From positions 310,001 through 374,000 of the forward strand of contig OY253670.1 in assembly GCA_958009085.1 (NCBI GenBank): 64,000 bases of DNA. The letters run 5' to 3'. Shown piece after piece: positions 1 through 12,047 of the stretch (its first letter is position 1; every line of letters starts with the position of its first letter). Made by a program: the position numbers and the translations under genes. The DNA is from Protoeuglena noctilucae. Lineage: Eukaryota. The notes below the pieces were generated by a model, which searched no databases, was not told the DNA's origin, and saw nothing but the letters and a program-made list of their open reading frames with translations.

Positions 1-582
1 GTGACCCCGGCGACTCGGCCATGGACGGCGTGCGGGACGCAGTGGCAAAGAAGGTGGGGGACTTCAAGCCCCAAGAGCTGGCGAACACGGTGTGGGCATG
101 GGCCAAGCTGGGGTACGACCCAGACAAGGAGGTTATGGATGTTATGCGGGACGCAGCGGTGGCCAAGCTGGGGGATTTCGCACCTACAAGGACTGGCCAA
201 CGCGGCGTGGGCGTGGGCTGAGCTGGGGTACGACCCCGGTAGCGCGACCATTCGTGCTGTGCGGGACGCCGTGGTGGCCCAGCTGGGGGACTTTGACCCC
301 CAAGCGCTGGCCAACACGGTGTGGGCCTGGGCCACGCTCCAGTACCAGCCTGGCCTGCCTGTGCTCCGCGCTGTAGAGGACGCCGCTGTGCAGCTGTCTC
401 CAGCTTTGGATGCCATTCATTGGCCCCAGCTGGCCTGGGGCCTGGCCAGTCTGGGGCACAGGGGCTCGAGCGTGTGGCGGGGTGCAGAGGCAGCGTGCAG
501 GGATGCCATGGTGCCACATCTCAACGCCAAGCAGCTGGCTGTGGTAGACAAGTGGTTGGGTGATAGTGCAGGCGATGTCTGA
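1..582 (+). pseudogene. Octotricopeptide-repeat (OPR)-like helical repeat gene, 3' part, frameshifted (5' end outside window)
   Basis: 38-aa repeats GDFKPQELANTVWAWAKLGYDP / LANAAWAWAELGYDP / GDFDPQALANTVWAWATLQYQP are split between two frames. An extra A at 186 (TTC GCA CCT a CAA GGA CTG) is absent from the paralog at 37.4 kb (TTT ACA CCT CAA AGA CTG). Ends TGA at 582 with no RAP domain. Could be a sequencing indel. Confidence 0.7.
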
Positions 583-790
583 GGCTGTTTGCTTATTGAC
601 TCCCGAACATTTTCCGCTACTAGCATCGCATGCCATAGAGCCTGCCATCATTCGCTGCGTGGAGTCAGTCACGCGGGTAGATTGTCGCTCAAGCCACGTC
701 TTCCATCCCAGCATTCGTGTTTGCATCGCGATGCCTATTCAAAGACAAGCCCTGGTTCCTAAGCTGCAGCCACCCTGTCACAACTAACCA

Positions 791-2476
791 TCACGTGTGC
801 CCCGCCGCTGCCTGCCACTCCTCGCACGTGTACTCCTGCCCGGCCACCGTGAAGCTCGCCCCCCCGTAGCACTCCAAGCTCATGCCCCTCAGGTCCTCGC
901 CCGTCCGCCCCGACACCTCGAGCCTGCACGACTTGTACTCGTAGTCGTAGTTGTTGTACTGGTAGCTCGACACGGACACCCCCGCCGAGCCGTCCAGGTG
1001 CACGCCGTCGAGGCGCACGCGGCCGCTGGGGCCCGACGCGCAGTACACGTGGCGAGAGGAGGCCTCCATGGAGCCACCCTTGGCGTCAAAGGTCCCCGAC
1101 TGCATGTACAGGCCGTAGGTCCCGCCCTGGATGGCCACGCCCGTCGACGTGAAGCTGCCGTCGTAGTTGACGTCTACCCCGTAGTACGTATCTGCGATCG
1201 AGCCCCCCGTCATCTCCACGCTGGCCCCGGACCCCTCCACGCGCACGCCATAGTCGTAGTAGTTCTTCTGCCCGACGATGCTCGTGTCCTCCAGCGTCAT
1301 CTTGCACCCCTCCTGGCAGTACACGTGGTGCGAGGCCGACTCCCGCACCACGCTCCCGCGCAGGGAGACGGATCCGCCCTTGGCGCGCACCCCCGCGCCT
1401 CCCGTGACGCGCGCAATGTCGGCGCCCGCCACGTCCACGTGGGCACCGGCCAGGGCCGCCACGTCCACGTGGGCACCGGCCAGGGCCACCACGCCGTGTC
1501 CCGTCAGGTCGCGGAGAGTGCCGCCCCGGAACGTGACGCGCGTCTGCACCCCCACGGCCATGATGCCGTCGCGCGACCCGGCCACCTCCACCCCCTCGAG
1601 CGTCACCGTGGCGCCCCCCTCCGCCCACAGCCCCGTGCTCGCATCCTCCAGCGAGCCCCCCGTGATGGACACCGTGGCCCCCGCCGTCGCATACACGGCC
1701 GCAAACAGCGTCCCGCCCACCCGCGAGTCCCTCATCCTTAGCTCGGCGTTCTCCACGTACACGCCCCGCCCGTGCACCTCGACGTTCTCCAGCCGCAGCT
1801 GGCGGCCCCGCGCCACCTGCGATGCGGACAGCAGGACGGCCCATGAGCGAGACAGACGCATCAGGGGCGGCCGTCATTGCTGCTGACCGCGACCCCAGGC
1901 GCAGCGCTGACCTGGATGACGTAGGGGGCGTGGATGACGTTGGAGCCCTCCACTAGCCACGCCTCGGACTGGACGCGGATGATCCCATTCCTCAGCGTGA
2001 CCGGGAAGTCCACCTCGAGCGGCTGCGTGAGCACCCACGCGAAGCCCCCCAGGTCGACGACGCCCCCCTTCTTGACCGACTCGCGCAGGTCCGTCTCCGG
2101 GTCAGCCCCGGGAGCCTGCGGGCGGCGGGGACGGCTGCTGCAGCCGCGGCGACTTTTGGGCGCAGGGCCAAGCGGGGCCTGCGCTGCCCCTCACTACCGT
2201 GATGCAGACGGGGTCGCCGGAGAAGGAAGAGGCCAGCACCGTGCCGGACCGGCAGATGCACGTCTGCCCGGAGCCGAGCACCACTCGCGTGCCGTGGGGC
2301 TTGCAGGGGTCCCCGGCAGGCGCGCACGTGTCGCTGTCGATGCAGCTTGCGGCGAGGTCGTGGACGGAGCGGGCGGTGTACGCCAGGGCGCCCGAGATGC
2401 ACAGGGCCAGGAGCACCAAGATAATGGCTCTCAGGACACCGCGCGATGGGCGTCGCGCGACGCCGGGGCGCCCCAT
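791..2476 (-). CDS. Secreted Cys-rich + right-handed parallel beta-helix (pectin-lyase-like) repeat protein; exons ~2476-2195, 2115-1912, 1816-791
   Basis: Hydrophobic N-terminus (LRAIILVLLALCISGALA), EGF-like Cys cluster (CIDSDTC..C..CICRSG..C), in-frame GT-AG introns, and ~22-aa beta-helix repeats (e.g. ATVSITGGSLEDASTGLWAEGG, ASVEMTGGSIADTYYGVDV). Confidence 0.75.
1426..1487. repeat. Exact 30-bp in-frame tandem duplication within the beta-helix CDS (ALAGAHVDVA x2)
   Basis: ccgccacgtccacgtgggcaccggccaggg occurs twice back to back. Confidence 0.9.
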
Positions 2477-3412
2477 TCTGCGACAAAGCCGATCGGGAGG
2501 CGTTTGGCACGGTCATCCCGGCTGTTGCGTGAGTTTACAGAGACGCCGTGGGCACCTGGCTATGGTAACATCGACAAGGAAGTCATCGCACGCGGGTTCT
2601 CCGTCGATGCTCCGCGGATGGCAGCCGGGTCAACCTTGCAATGTTGCGCATGTGACAGATGGTCACCGCGCTAGCCAAGGCGGGCGCAAGACGCCGGTGC
2701 CATGCTGCATGATAACTGCAAGCTGAATTGAAAGCCTGGCTATGCTTTAACTCACCTACTGCTTCACGCTAAAGGGGCGTCATCGCAAACCCTTGCAAAT
2801 GCCGTTCTGGGAGAAGCTGCAGCCGCTGCGTGTCAGCCACTGTTCAGCAGCAGGGGCGTCGATGTCTTGCGCCACTAGCGGCAGCTGCTTCTTGCCAAAT
2901 TTCGGAAACCCTAATTCCCTGTGCTGCATAAAACCCTTGGCCTTGCGCGCTCGAGCCAAGACTCCGTAAGCGAGGCTGTTTGCACCAAAAGTACTATAGA
3001 TCCACATATTCATCACCCCAGCTAGATTTTCTGCGAAGAGCCTGCGTTCGAGCAAACGGTGAAGAATCTCGCCCGGCGCTTCCAACAACCGAGGCCGCGG
3101 GGGGTCCATTCGACGCAAAAGATATTCATCAGTGGCCAGCTCGAATCCTCTACCGCCGTCTCCGCCGCAGCGAGTGGAGTGCGGACGTGGCATCCTCCCA
3201 TCGTGCCTCGCCGCCGCTATGGGAGGCGAGCAGCACGTCCAGGCCGCTCGGGCCATTCCCGTGCGGGCAGGGAGCGGCATGAAGTCCAAGGTCGGCCGCC
3301 AGCTCCAGGTGCGGGCTTCCCTCGAAGCGCGCCTAGAACCTGCTGACGCGGACGGCCCCGCTTGTTCCGGGCCCGCTCCGCGCGTTCCGTACGCTGTCGT
3401 CGCATGAATGGA

Positions 3413-6400
3413 ATGGGTGCGACATGCCATGGACCGCGTCCATGCTCAACCGCGCTCGTTGGGTGCCCTCAGGTCTTCCCGCGCGGAGAGGCGAGTCCGG
3501 CCCGCGCCATGCCCGGCGCCGCCGCGATGGCCGCGCACGCGGAGCGTAAGAGCGAGGAGGACGACGGTGGTCATCAAGGGGAGCGCCGGGAGGGCGGGTC
3601 GCGCCTCGACCAGCTTCAAGAAGCCGTGGACGCGGTGAGGCACGCCCGGGCGCGTCAGTGCCGCCGTCCCCCGCAGGTCCCCATGGCTGCGGAATGTGCG
3701 TGTGGTTGGCTCGAACAATGGCCAGAGGGCCCAGAGGCTCTTCCGGCAAGGCTCTCGTGATGGGGCACAGTAGGGGGGCCAGCGGTGCCATACCCGCCCG
3801 CGTCGCTGCCGCCGACGCCTCGTCGCGCGGTCCGTTCGACGCAGGAGACGAAGCGGCAACAGGAGATGGACTTCGGGTACGAGAGGGGCATCTGGGACCA
3901 TTACAGCATGGGCGACAAGGTCGGGGAGGGTGGCTTCGGGAAGGTCTTCGTGGTCACGCACAAGGCCACCGGGCAGGAGTTTGCGTGCAAGGCCATCCCG
4001 AAGGCGAGGGCGGGTGGATGGCAGCGGGGACGGCCGGAGTCGCCGCGATGCGCGCACTGGGGCTGCGGTATCGCTTGCTCTTCCGCAGCGCAAGTGACCG
4101 CCGCGCGAACCCCTGCGACCCTCTGCGCCCCGCAGGTGTGGTCGGGCGACAACCACGAGGACCCCGCGCGCCAGGCCAAGCACCGCCGCGCGCTGCGCAA
4201 CGAGGTTGAGGCGTTGTCGCGCCTCCGGGGCACGCTCAACGTGGTGCACCTTGAGGGGGCCTTTGAGGACGACGAGCACGTCTTCCTGGTCACGCAGCTG
4301 TGCCGCGGCGGCGAGCTGGCCCACCGCATCGGCGAGCGCGCCTACACGGAGCGCACCGTGGCATCCATCATGCGCGCCGTGCTCCGGACGCTTGCCCAGT
4401 GCCACGCCCACAAGTGAGTGAGGGCCGCGGCAGCAGGCAGAGGAGCGCCGTGGTTTGTGAGGGTCTGTTACATACATAAGCTGACAGACAAGGGTAGTTC
4501 TGATTCCCAAGTGTTTGCTGGTTGCTGGTCCCCCTTCCTCGTCACGCGAACCTCGTTGTTCCCTCACCCACCGCCCCTCCCCCCCCGCAGCATCGTGCAC
4601 CGCGACGTCAAGCCGGGCAACTTCATGCTTTTGGATGCGTCTGACGAGTCGCGCATCAAGGCCATCGACTTTGGCCTCGCGGTGCCTTTTGAGGACGCCG
4701 ACCTGCCGTTGACCGAGCTGGGGTTCGAGGGCACGCCTTGGTACATGGCCCCCGAGGTCCTCCGATCCGAGGTCGTCCCCGCCTCCGATCTCTTCGCGGC
4801 GGGCGTAATGGCCTACCAGCTTTTATCCGGGCGCTTCCCGTTCGACGATCGCCAGAACCCCTTCCGTCCCGCACTCTCGGCGGTCTGGCGATCGGTCCTC
4901 ACCGACGAACCCGACTTCTCGAAGCGGCACTGGCAGGAGGTGTCCGAGGAGGCCAAGGACCTCGTCGGACGGCTGCTGCACAAGGACCCAAAGCAGCGGC
5001 CAACAGCAGCGGAGGCCCTTGCGCACCCGTGGCTGCAAGGGGAGGTGTCGGAGCGCCACGCGGCCGGCCCCCGCCCCATCGAACGCACCATCGTGCAGCG
5101 CATCCAGCGCTTCGCCCAGGGCAGCGCCTTCAAGCGGTCCGTGCTGGAGCTGGTGGCCGAGGAGCTCCTCACCATGGCGCCCACCACGCGCGAGGAGGCG
5201 GCCGTGCAGGCGGCGCTCAAGAGCCCCGCCATGTCGCGCAAGGCGAGTGCAGATGTGGATGGAGCAGGGGGGGTTGCTTACGGGGTGCTTACGGGGTGGT
5301 ATTGGGAAGGGTGTTGTGAAGCGCCTTGCGGTTGCTCATTGATAGGGCTCGTGTCTGAACACCTGTCGCGCCTCTCGCTCCCTCCGCAGGCGTCCCAGGC
5401 GCACCTCTTCTCGCCCGGCCCCTCCATGCACAGCGGGGGGTCGCAGGGGGCGCTGGCGCGGGACGACGGGGGCGGGAGCATCCACGGCGCCGCGCCCAGC
5501 CCCGGCGGCAGCGCACACGGCCGGCACCTCACCCTCGAGGCCTACATCGACCTCCTCAGCATGCAGGGTGAGTCGGCGGTCGTCTATGGCGATGCATGAT
5601 ATTACCGATAAGGACTTATGCCGCACTATGCCTTGCGCAACCCAGCTACCTCGACCGCCCCTCGTCCCTCGTCACTTGCCATTCTCCCCTACACATCTCC
5701 TAACCAACCACCCCCCTCCCCGCAGCTGGAGGGTCCATCCAGGACCTTCGAAACAACGCCGTGCCCGGCCCCGGGCGCAAGTCGGCCGAGAAGACCGCCC
5801 ACCGCAGCCCCGGCCAGTCCCGGCACGGCCACCAGGGCTCCAACCTGCTCGCGGCCTACTTCGCGCGCTTGGCGGCGCAGCAGGGGGTCGGCGGGCCGGG
5901 CGGCTCCCACCACGGCAGCGGGGCGGGGCAGCCGGGGTCCAGCCGGGACAGCACGGTGCACTCGGTGGTGGGCCGGGGCCACAGCAAGCCCTACCACGGG
6001 GCCGCGGGCGCGGCGACGCCCGACCCGACGACGCACGCGGGCGCGGACGCGGTGGCGATTCCCGGGGCGGAGGGCAGCCCGGCGGGGCGGCCGGCGGGTC
6101 GCGAAGGGTCGGGCCGCGGCGGGTTGCAGCTGGCGCCCGGGCTGTCGCCGAGCCTCGCCAAGGCCCTCGACAGCGTCGACTTCGTCAAGCGCGCCGTCAT
6201 GCGCGTCGGGTCCCTGGGCGACCGCCTCAAGTGAGCGGCTACGGGCGATGAGTGATGGATGGGAGTGGATGATGATGGTCGGGTGGAGTTTCATAGCTAC
6301 CGTCTCGTCTGTTTAGGATGGCTCTGCGGGTAGACAGCGCATAGTAGTAGCTACCACTGCATCGCTCATAGCAACCTGGGCATGTCTTGCCGCGTCACTG

Positions 6401-7110
6401 CAGGAACCTGGGCTACGACCTCGACAGCGCGGAGCTGGACCAGCTCTTCGCGGCCCTCGACACGTCCCACACGGGCCAGGTGCCACGGGGCGCCTTCCTG
6501 GCTTCTCTCATTGATTGGAGGGACTTTGAGGTCCGGTGCCGCGACCAGTGGCTGGCGCTGCTCCGGCGTCAGTTCGAGGGGCTTGACGTCGACCGGGACG
6601 GCCGCGTGACGGTCGACGAGATGATCGAGACGCTGAAGGGGAAGCTGCCCGTCGTGGAGCTGCGGCTGGCCGCCGAGAGGTGAGGGGGGTGTGATGGGGG
6701 AGGTGATGGGAGATGGGGTAGGAGATGCGGGAGGTGAAGGCGCATCCACCTCGTCTCGGGTGCTGTTCCCCTTGCAACCACCCTCACCCTCACGCTCACT
6801 GCTACCCTCACACCCACCCCCACTGCCACCCCCACTGCCACCCTCGTTCTCACCCCCACCCCCACCCTCACCCACCCCCAGGATCAAGGCCGAGGCGGGT
6901 CTGGACGAGGAGGCCTTGGAGGCATCCGTGGACTTCGACACCTTCGCCCGTCTCATGTCCCACAGCGACAATGCATTGGCAGACTTGGATCTCTTCGACA
7001 GCCGCATGCCGACGTCGCCGGGGGATGTGGGCGTGAGGGGCGGGACGCTCTTCGCGCCGGGGGGGGCCCTGGCGTCGGTGCTGGAGGCGGCAGAGGCCAA
7101 CGAGGCGTGA
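3413..7110 (+). CDS. Calcium-dependent protein kinase (CDPK-like), ~9 exons; firm exons 3845-4003, 4136-4413, 4591-5242, 5390-5567, 5726-6230, 6404-6679, 6882-7110
   Basis: GEGGFGKV, ACKAIPK, HRDVKPGN, DFG, GTPWYMAPE, junction IVQRIQRFAQGSAFKR, EF-hand DVDRDGRVTVDE. Candidate start MGATC at 3413; the first exons are uncertain. Confidence 0.9.
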
Positions 7111-7582
7111 AGGGGTGACAGGCATGTCATGTCTGGGGCCATCTCGCGACCAGGCGTGAGGGGTGGCTGGTATTGACAAGGTCACCAGATGACAAGGCCA
7201 TGGCCCACGGGTTTGGAGAATCGTAGGATTGTGTTTCTGGGAACGGGGCGCAGCGATATCAACGGCGTCGACCCCGTTTCTTGCTCTCGCACGTTTTGCG
7301 ACGCGCCGCTTGTGTGCGGGTGCGCATCCTATTTCCCTAGTAGTATCTACGTCTTTCATGACTGACCTGTTCCACTCATCGGTACGCTAGACATCGTGAC
7401 GAGGGATCCTGCAGCACGCAGTCCCAGCCACCGCGCTACTGCATAGTACTACTCATCTTCCTCATCCGCTTGCCCCGACACAGCGGCAAGTGTGTCAACG
7501 GGCATTTTTTTCATTTGAACGTCAAACTACTATATATTCTCAGCTACCATGCCTAGTCGTGGCAGAGTGTGTAACGTCTCTC

Positions 7583-10500
7583 TCACCCAAGGCCCATGGC
7601 AGCGACCAGGGCCATCCTGCCAGCCTCAGGCACTCCCTTGTAAGCAACCGACACAGCCACCCCGCCCCGCCACCCCTCCACCCCGCGCCACGACTCCTCC
7701 CGCGCAGACACTCCCCCGCTCCCGCCCACGGCCCCGTCAGCCCCCAGCCTTTCCCCCACCACCCCCGCCCCCATCGCAGCAGACAGCGCACCCCTGAACG
7801 CACCCCCCGCGCTCTGCGGCGTCCTCGTCAGCCCACCACCACCCTCCTCCCCACCCTCCGCACCGCTCAGCGAGCCCCCGTCGGCGCCCTCCCCACCCCA
7901 CGCCCGCCCCGCCTGTCCCCACACCATCGACGCCGTCACGGGCGACCCCCCCAGTTCACGCTCGCTCGCGCGCCCCGACATCCGCGCCGCGTTGTTGAAG
8001 CGCGCCAGCAGGCTCGACATGGCCGCGCTGCCAGCTGCAGGACTCGATCCCAGTAACATCCGAGGGACCGGGCTGCCACCATACGTGCCCCCACCAAACG
8101 CTCCCTCATCCCCCCCCGCACCCCCGCCCGCCCTCGCCGGCGCCGCCATGGGAGTGCTCGCGGACGGGCGCCCACGGCCCCACCCGCCCCTCTCCCTCCC
8201 GCTCTGGCTGCCACTCAGTCGGTCGGTGCCCGGAGTCGCGGATTCCGCCCCGGCGCCCGTCACCTCGGCGCGCACCGGCACCCACGCCGCCAGCCGCGTG
8301 CAGTTGGTGACGTCCACGACGCGCAGGGAACCCCCGGGGAGGCTGACGGCCTCGAGACTGACACAGCCGCGTGCCAGAAACTCCGCCAGTGCCGGGGCCG
8401 GCGCGTCGAGCTCCACCCTGGTCAGGGACTTGCAGCCGGACACGTCCACGCGCTCCCAGGCGTAGAAGGACGGCGGGGGGTCGTTTGGCGAGGCGGCGAA
8501 AGGGGCGGGCGACGGTTGCACGAGGGCGGGTGGGGTGGCGCCCGGGGTGCTGAGCGATGGGGCCAGCGGCGACGGGAAGGCGGTGGCGGAGGCGGCGGCT
8601 GTCCTGCGCGGGTCCGGGAGGGCCCCGGGGGCGCCGAGGATGAGGGAGGCGAGGGCGATGCAGCCGCTGAGGTCGATGGAGGCAAGTCGTGGTGCGAAGG
8701 CAAGTAGGGCGGTGAGTGGGGCGGTGCGCAGGGCACGGCATCCCATGGCGTTCAGTTCCCGGAGCGAGGAGAAGTGGGAGAGGAGATCGCGGAGGTCCGC
8801 AGGGGCCTGCGGGGTGGCGAGGGGGGTTGCTTGAGATGGATAGATTGTGCATGTCGTGGTGGGGTGGGTGCAAAGGGGTGGTTGAGATGGATCGATTGCA
8901 TGTCGTGGTGGGTTGGGGTGCAAAGGGGTTTTAAACAGATCGATTGTGCATGTGGCGGCATGTGGGTCAATCCCCGTTCCATCCGTGCTGGCGAGTCTCA
9001 CCGGGAGTGCGGAGGGCCCCGGCGCAAGCGCATACGCGTCCATCTGCACCGGGAACAGCGCCTCGAGGAGCGGGCACTGCGCGACGACGAGCGACTGCAG
9101 GGAGCGGCACCGAACGTCGACGTGCCGCAGCCGGGGGCACCCGGAGAGGTTGAGGGCCACGAGGCGGTCGGCAGAGATGGCCAAAGACTCGAGATGGTTG
9201 CACCCCGCGAGGGAGAGGTCCGAGAGGGGGTGTCCGGTGGGAAGCAGTACAGCAGCCTGCCGCACGCTGGGGAGGGAGTTGGCTTTCAGGGACCGCAGTG
9301 CGCGTGAGAGGGAGAGGGAGGCGAGGGCTTCCCCAGACAGCTTGGGGCAGCGGGAGAGGTCGGCGACGCGGAGGGAGTTGCGGGAGATGGGGCCGGAGAA
9401 GAGGGCGCGGGCGCCTGGGGGGAAGGGAGGGTGAGTAAGGGGTGGGGGTGAGGGGTGGCGGTGGGGTGGCGGTGGGGTGGCGGTGGAAGTGAGCTGAGCT
9501 AAGGCTCATAGCTTGCTCGGCAGGTGCAGCAGTGCATGCTATGATCACTGCAACGCTATTCGTCAAGCTCTCAATCGAGTGCCTCATCCCACGCACCTGC
9601 GTCTGTGATGGCCGCGCACCCCGCAGCTGACACCGACCGCACCCCAGGCACCGACTGCGAGGACTCCCGGGCACTGGCGAGGGCGTCTGCGTCTCGCGGC
9701 GTCGTCGATGCGTAGCGAGACAGCGCCTCCATGGCACCGTCACCGACTGGGAAGGAGGGGGTGAGGGTGGGTGAGGGCGGGTGAGGGGTGCGTGGGGTGA
9801 TGGGCGAGGGGTACATGGGGTGATAGGTGGGCGAGGGGTGTATGGGTGCATGGGTGGGGTCACACCTCCCCCAATGCCATTCCACTCCCCCTGCCCCAAC
9901 AACAACCCTGCCGCGCTCACCTCTCGGGCAGTTGCTGAGCCTCACTTCCCTCACCGCGTGCATCTCCTCGCACATCACCGCCACGTCGTGGTCCGTCAGC
10001 GCCGAGCATCCCTTCAGGTCGAGCGCCTCTACGCAGACCCGGTCGCCCACCCACAGGGGGGCCGGGGAGGGGTCAGGGATCGAATCCTGGCGGGGAAGGG
10101 AAAGGGAGGGGGTAAAGAAAATGGCAACCGGGATCCCCGGAACGGCATCCATGTTCGTGCAACCAAGGGCGTCCCATAAACACAGAGTACACAGAGAGCC
10201 ATGATTGCTCCTGGCCCCAGGATCGCTACCCTGGCGCAGCGCCCGGCACCTGGGCTCGCGAGCGTGAGGCCGTGAGGTAGGGCGACACCCCCAGTGCGCT
10301 GTGGGCTCCGTAGGGCCCGTATGCCTCCGCCCGTGACTGTCGTATCGCATCTGCCTCTGCCAGGGTGCGGAAGAGGGCCTCGAAGTCATCGGTGTCGGTG
10401 GCGGGGCCGCGGAGATCGCAGCTGGGGGGGGAGGAGAGGGAGGGGAGGTGGCAGCGAGCGGGTTGGGTGCGATGGGTGGTGGCGGAGTGGGTGGGAGGGC

Positions 10501-11653
10501 TGTGAGCGACACCAGAAAGTGAAGGTGCCGAGGATGTCTGCTAGCTGCCCGCTAGCCTAGCAGGTCGCATTCAATGGAAATCTCTGCTCATCCAGTCGCT
10601 GCCTCATCTCACCGTTGGAAGGACACCGTGCGTGCGGAGGGGTGGGCGACGAGGGCGTCGCGGAGGGGCCCCTGCCGGCCGCGGCGCAGGCCCTCGACGG
10701 ACGAAGCGGGGATCACCAGGCTCGTCACTTGCGCGCGCAGGGCCGCGGCCAGGTGCGCAAAGTCCCTGCAGGTCGCAGCAGCGCGGCACGCCTCCCGCAC
10801 CGTCAGCCGGGCAAAGACCTCCAGCTTCACGTCGCCGGGGAGCGCGTGCCACGTGAGCTCCACCGCGGGCGCGCTCGATGCCGCCGGCGGCTCCCCCGGG
10901 CCCCCGTCCGGCGCTCCGAACACGAGGTCGTCGTCGGCGGTGGCGTGCGGGTCACGGGCCTGCTCCGCCATCGATATCAGCGCCTCCGTCGCGCGCTCCA
11001 CGTTGCCGGAACACGCGTCGAGGACTTGCTCGATCACGTCGGGGTCCACCGCCTGCGGGGAGCGCCGCGCGGAGCGAGGCTGGGCGAGGCGGGGCAAAAA
11101 AAGCAAGCCAGCTGCCGACCGCGACGGCTGGGAGGGTTGATAGGATTGCACGATGTCTGGAACGCTAGAACGGCGTGCTACTAGCGCGTCAGCGTGGTTG
11201 CGCGCGGCCAGCTGGCGCTCGCCTGGCCAAACATTTCGAGCAGGGAGAACAGGTCGGCACGGCCGCGGCGGTAGCCTCGATGCCCCGGGACGTTGTACCC
11301 AGGCGGTGGAACCGCGCGGTCCTGTCGACTGGGAGGAGACTTCCCCGCGGATAGACGCGAGCCCCTGCGCGGCAGCAATGGCAAGCCAAGGCACGCTGAG
11401 GTGGAGCACGCCGAGCAGGACGCGCGGCCAGGCACGGGTGCGGCGGGCTGCTCGAAGTTTTCCGGTCACGTTCAGCGGTTGACGTGCCCCGGGCATCACT
11501 GTATATTATTCGAAAAATGGAGGACAAGGCCGGCACCAACCTGCTCGGGGCGTCGTCCTGAAGTGCGCGGGCGTCCCGGGCATCGTTCTCGAACAGAGAA
11601 AGGAAAGCCATTTGTTGGCGGCTCGGCTCGCCGCGGTTGCGCCGTCGGCCCAT
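7583..11653 (-). CDS. CUE-domain + F-box + leucine-rich-repeat protein
   Basis: CUE-like LLEMFGQ|AVDPDVIEQVLDACSGNVERATEALISM (joined across GC-AG intron 11222-11053), F-box WHALPGDVKLEVFARLTVREACRAAATCRDF, and cysteine-containing LRRs (LDLKGCSALTD, LNLSGCPRL, IDLSGCIAL). Start exon uncertain. Confidence 0.8.
8831..8958. repeat. ~50-bp degenerate tandem repeat (about 2.5 copies) inside an intron of the F-box gene
   Basis: Units ttgagatggatagattgtgcatgtcgtggtggggtgggtgcaaagggg / ttgagatggatcgattgcatgtcgtggtgggttggggtgcaaagggg / gatcgattgtgcatgtggcgg. Confidence 0.8.
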
Positions 11654-12047
11654 CGCTGTGCACAGAAAAGCGACGAGGAGGGGCGAGCCCAGGCCCAACG
11701 TCGACCAATTATCGATGCCACGTCAGCTCAGCCAGCCACACGTCTTGCGCTCTGATATGGGGAACCACTGCCAATCATTCAAGCGTTCACTCCTCCATTG
11801 AGCATCTGACAGACGACGTCTCGCAAGCCACGGCATGTGTCACATGCAATCCGAACACCAGAATCTCCTATCTGCAATCGAGTCTACTCTCACTAAGCTG
11901 GTCATAATCTATCTGGACTGCCCTCAGTCTGTGTGCACGCCTGCCTGCACACCGTAGTGCACCTGCACCTGTTACGGCTGTGCTCACGGTAACGCGGTAA
12001 CGGGTCGAACCTCACGACCTGCGTCGAGCCTGCGTTTCGCACGGCAG

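Noticed and set aside
2906..2914. Telo-box AAACCCTAA
   Set aside because: Single short occurrence with no supporting context
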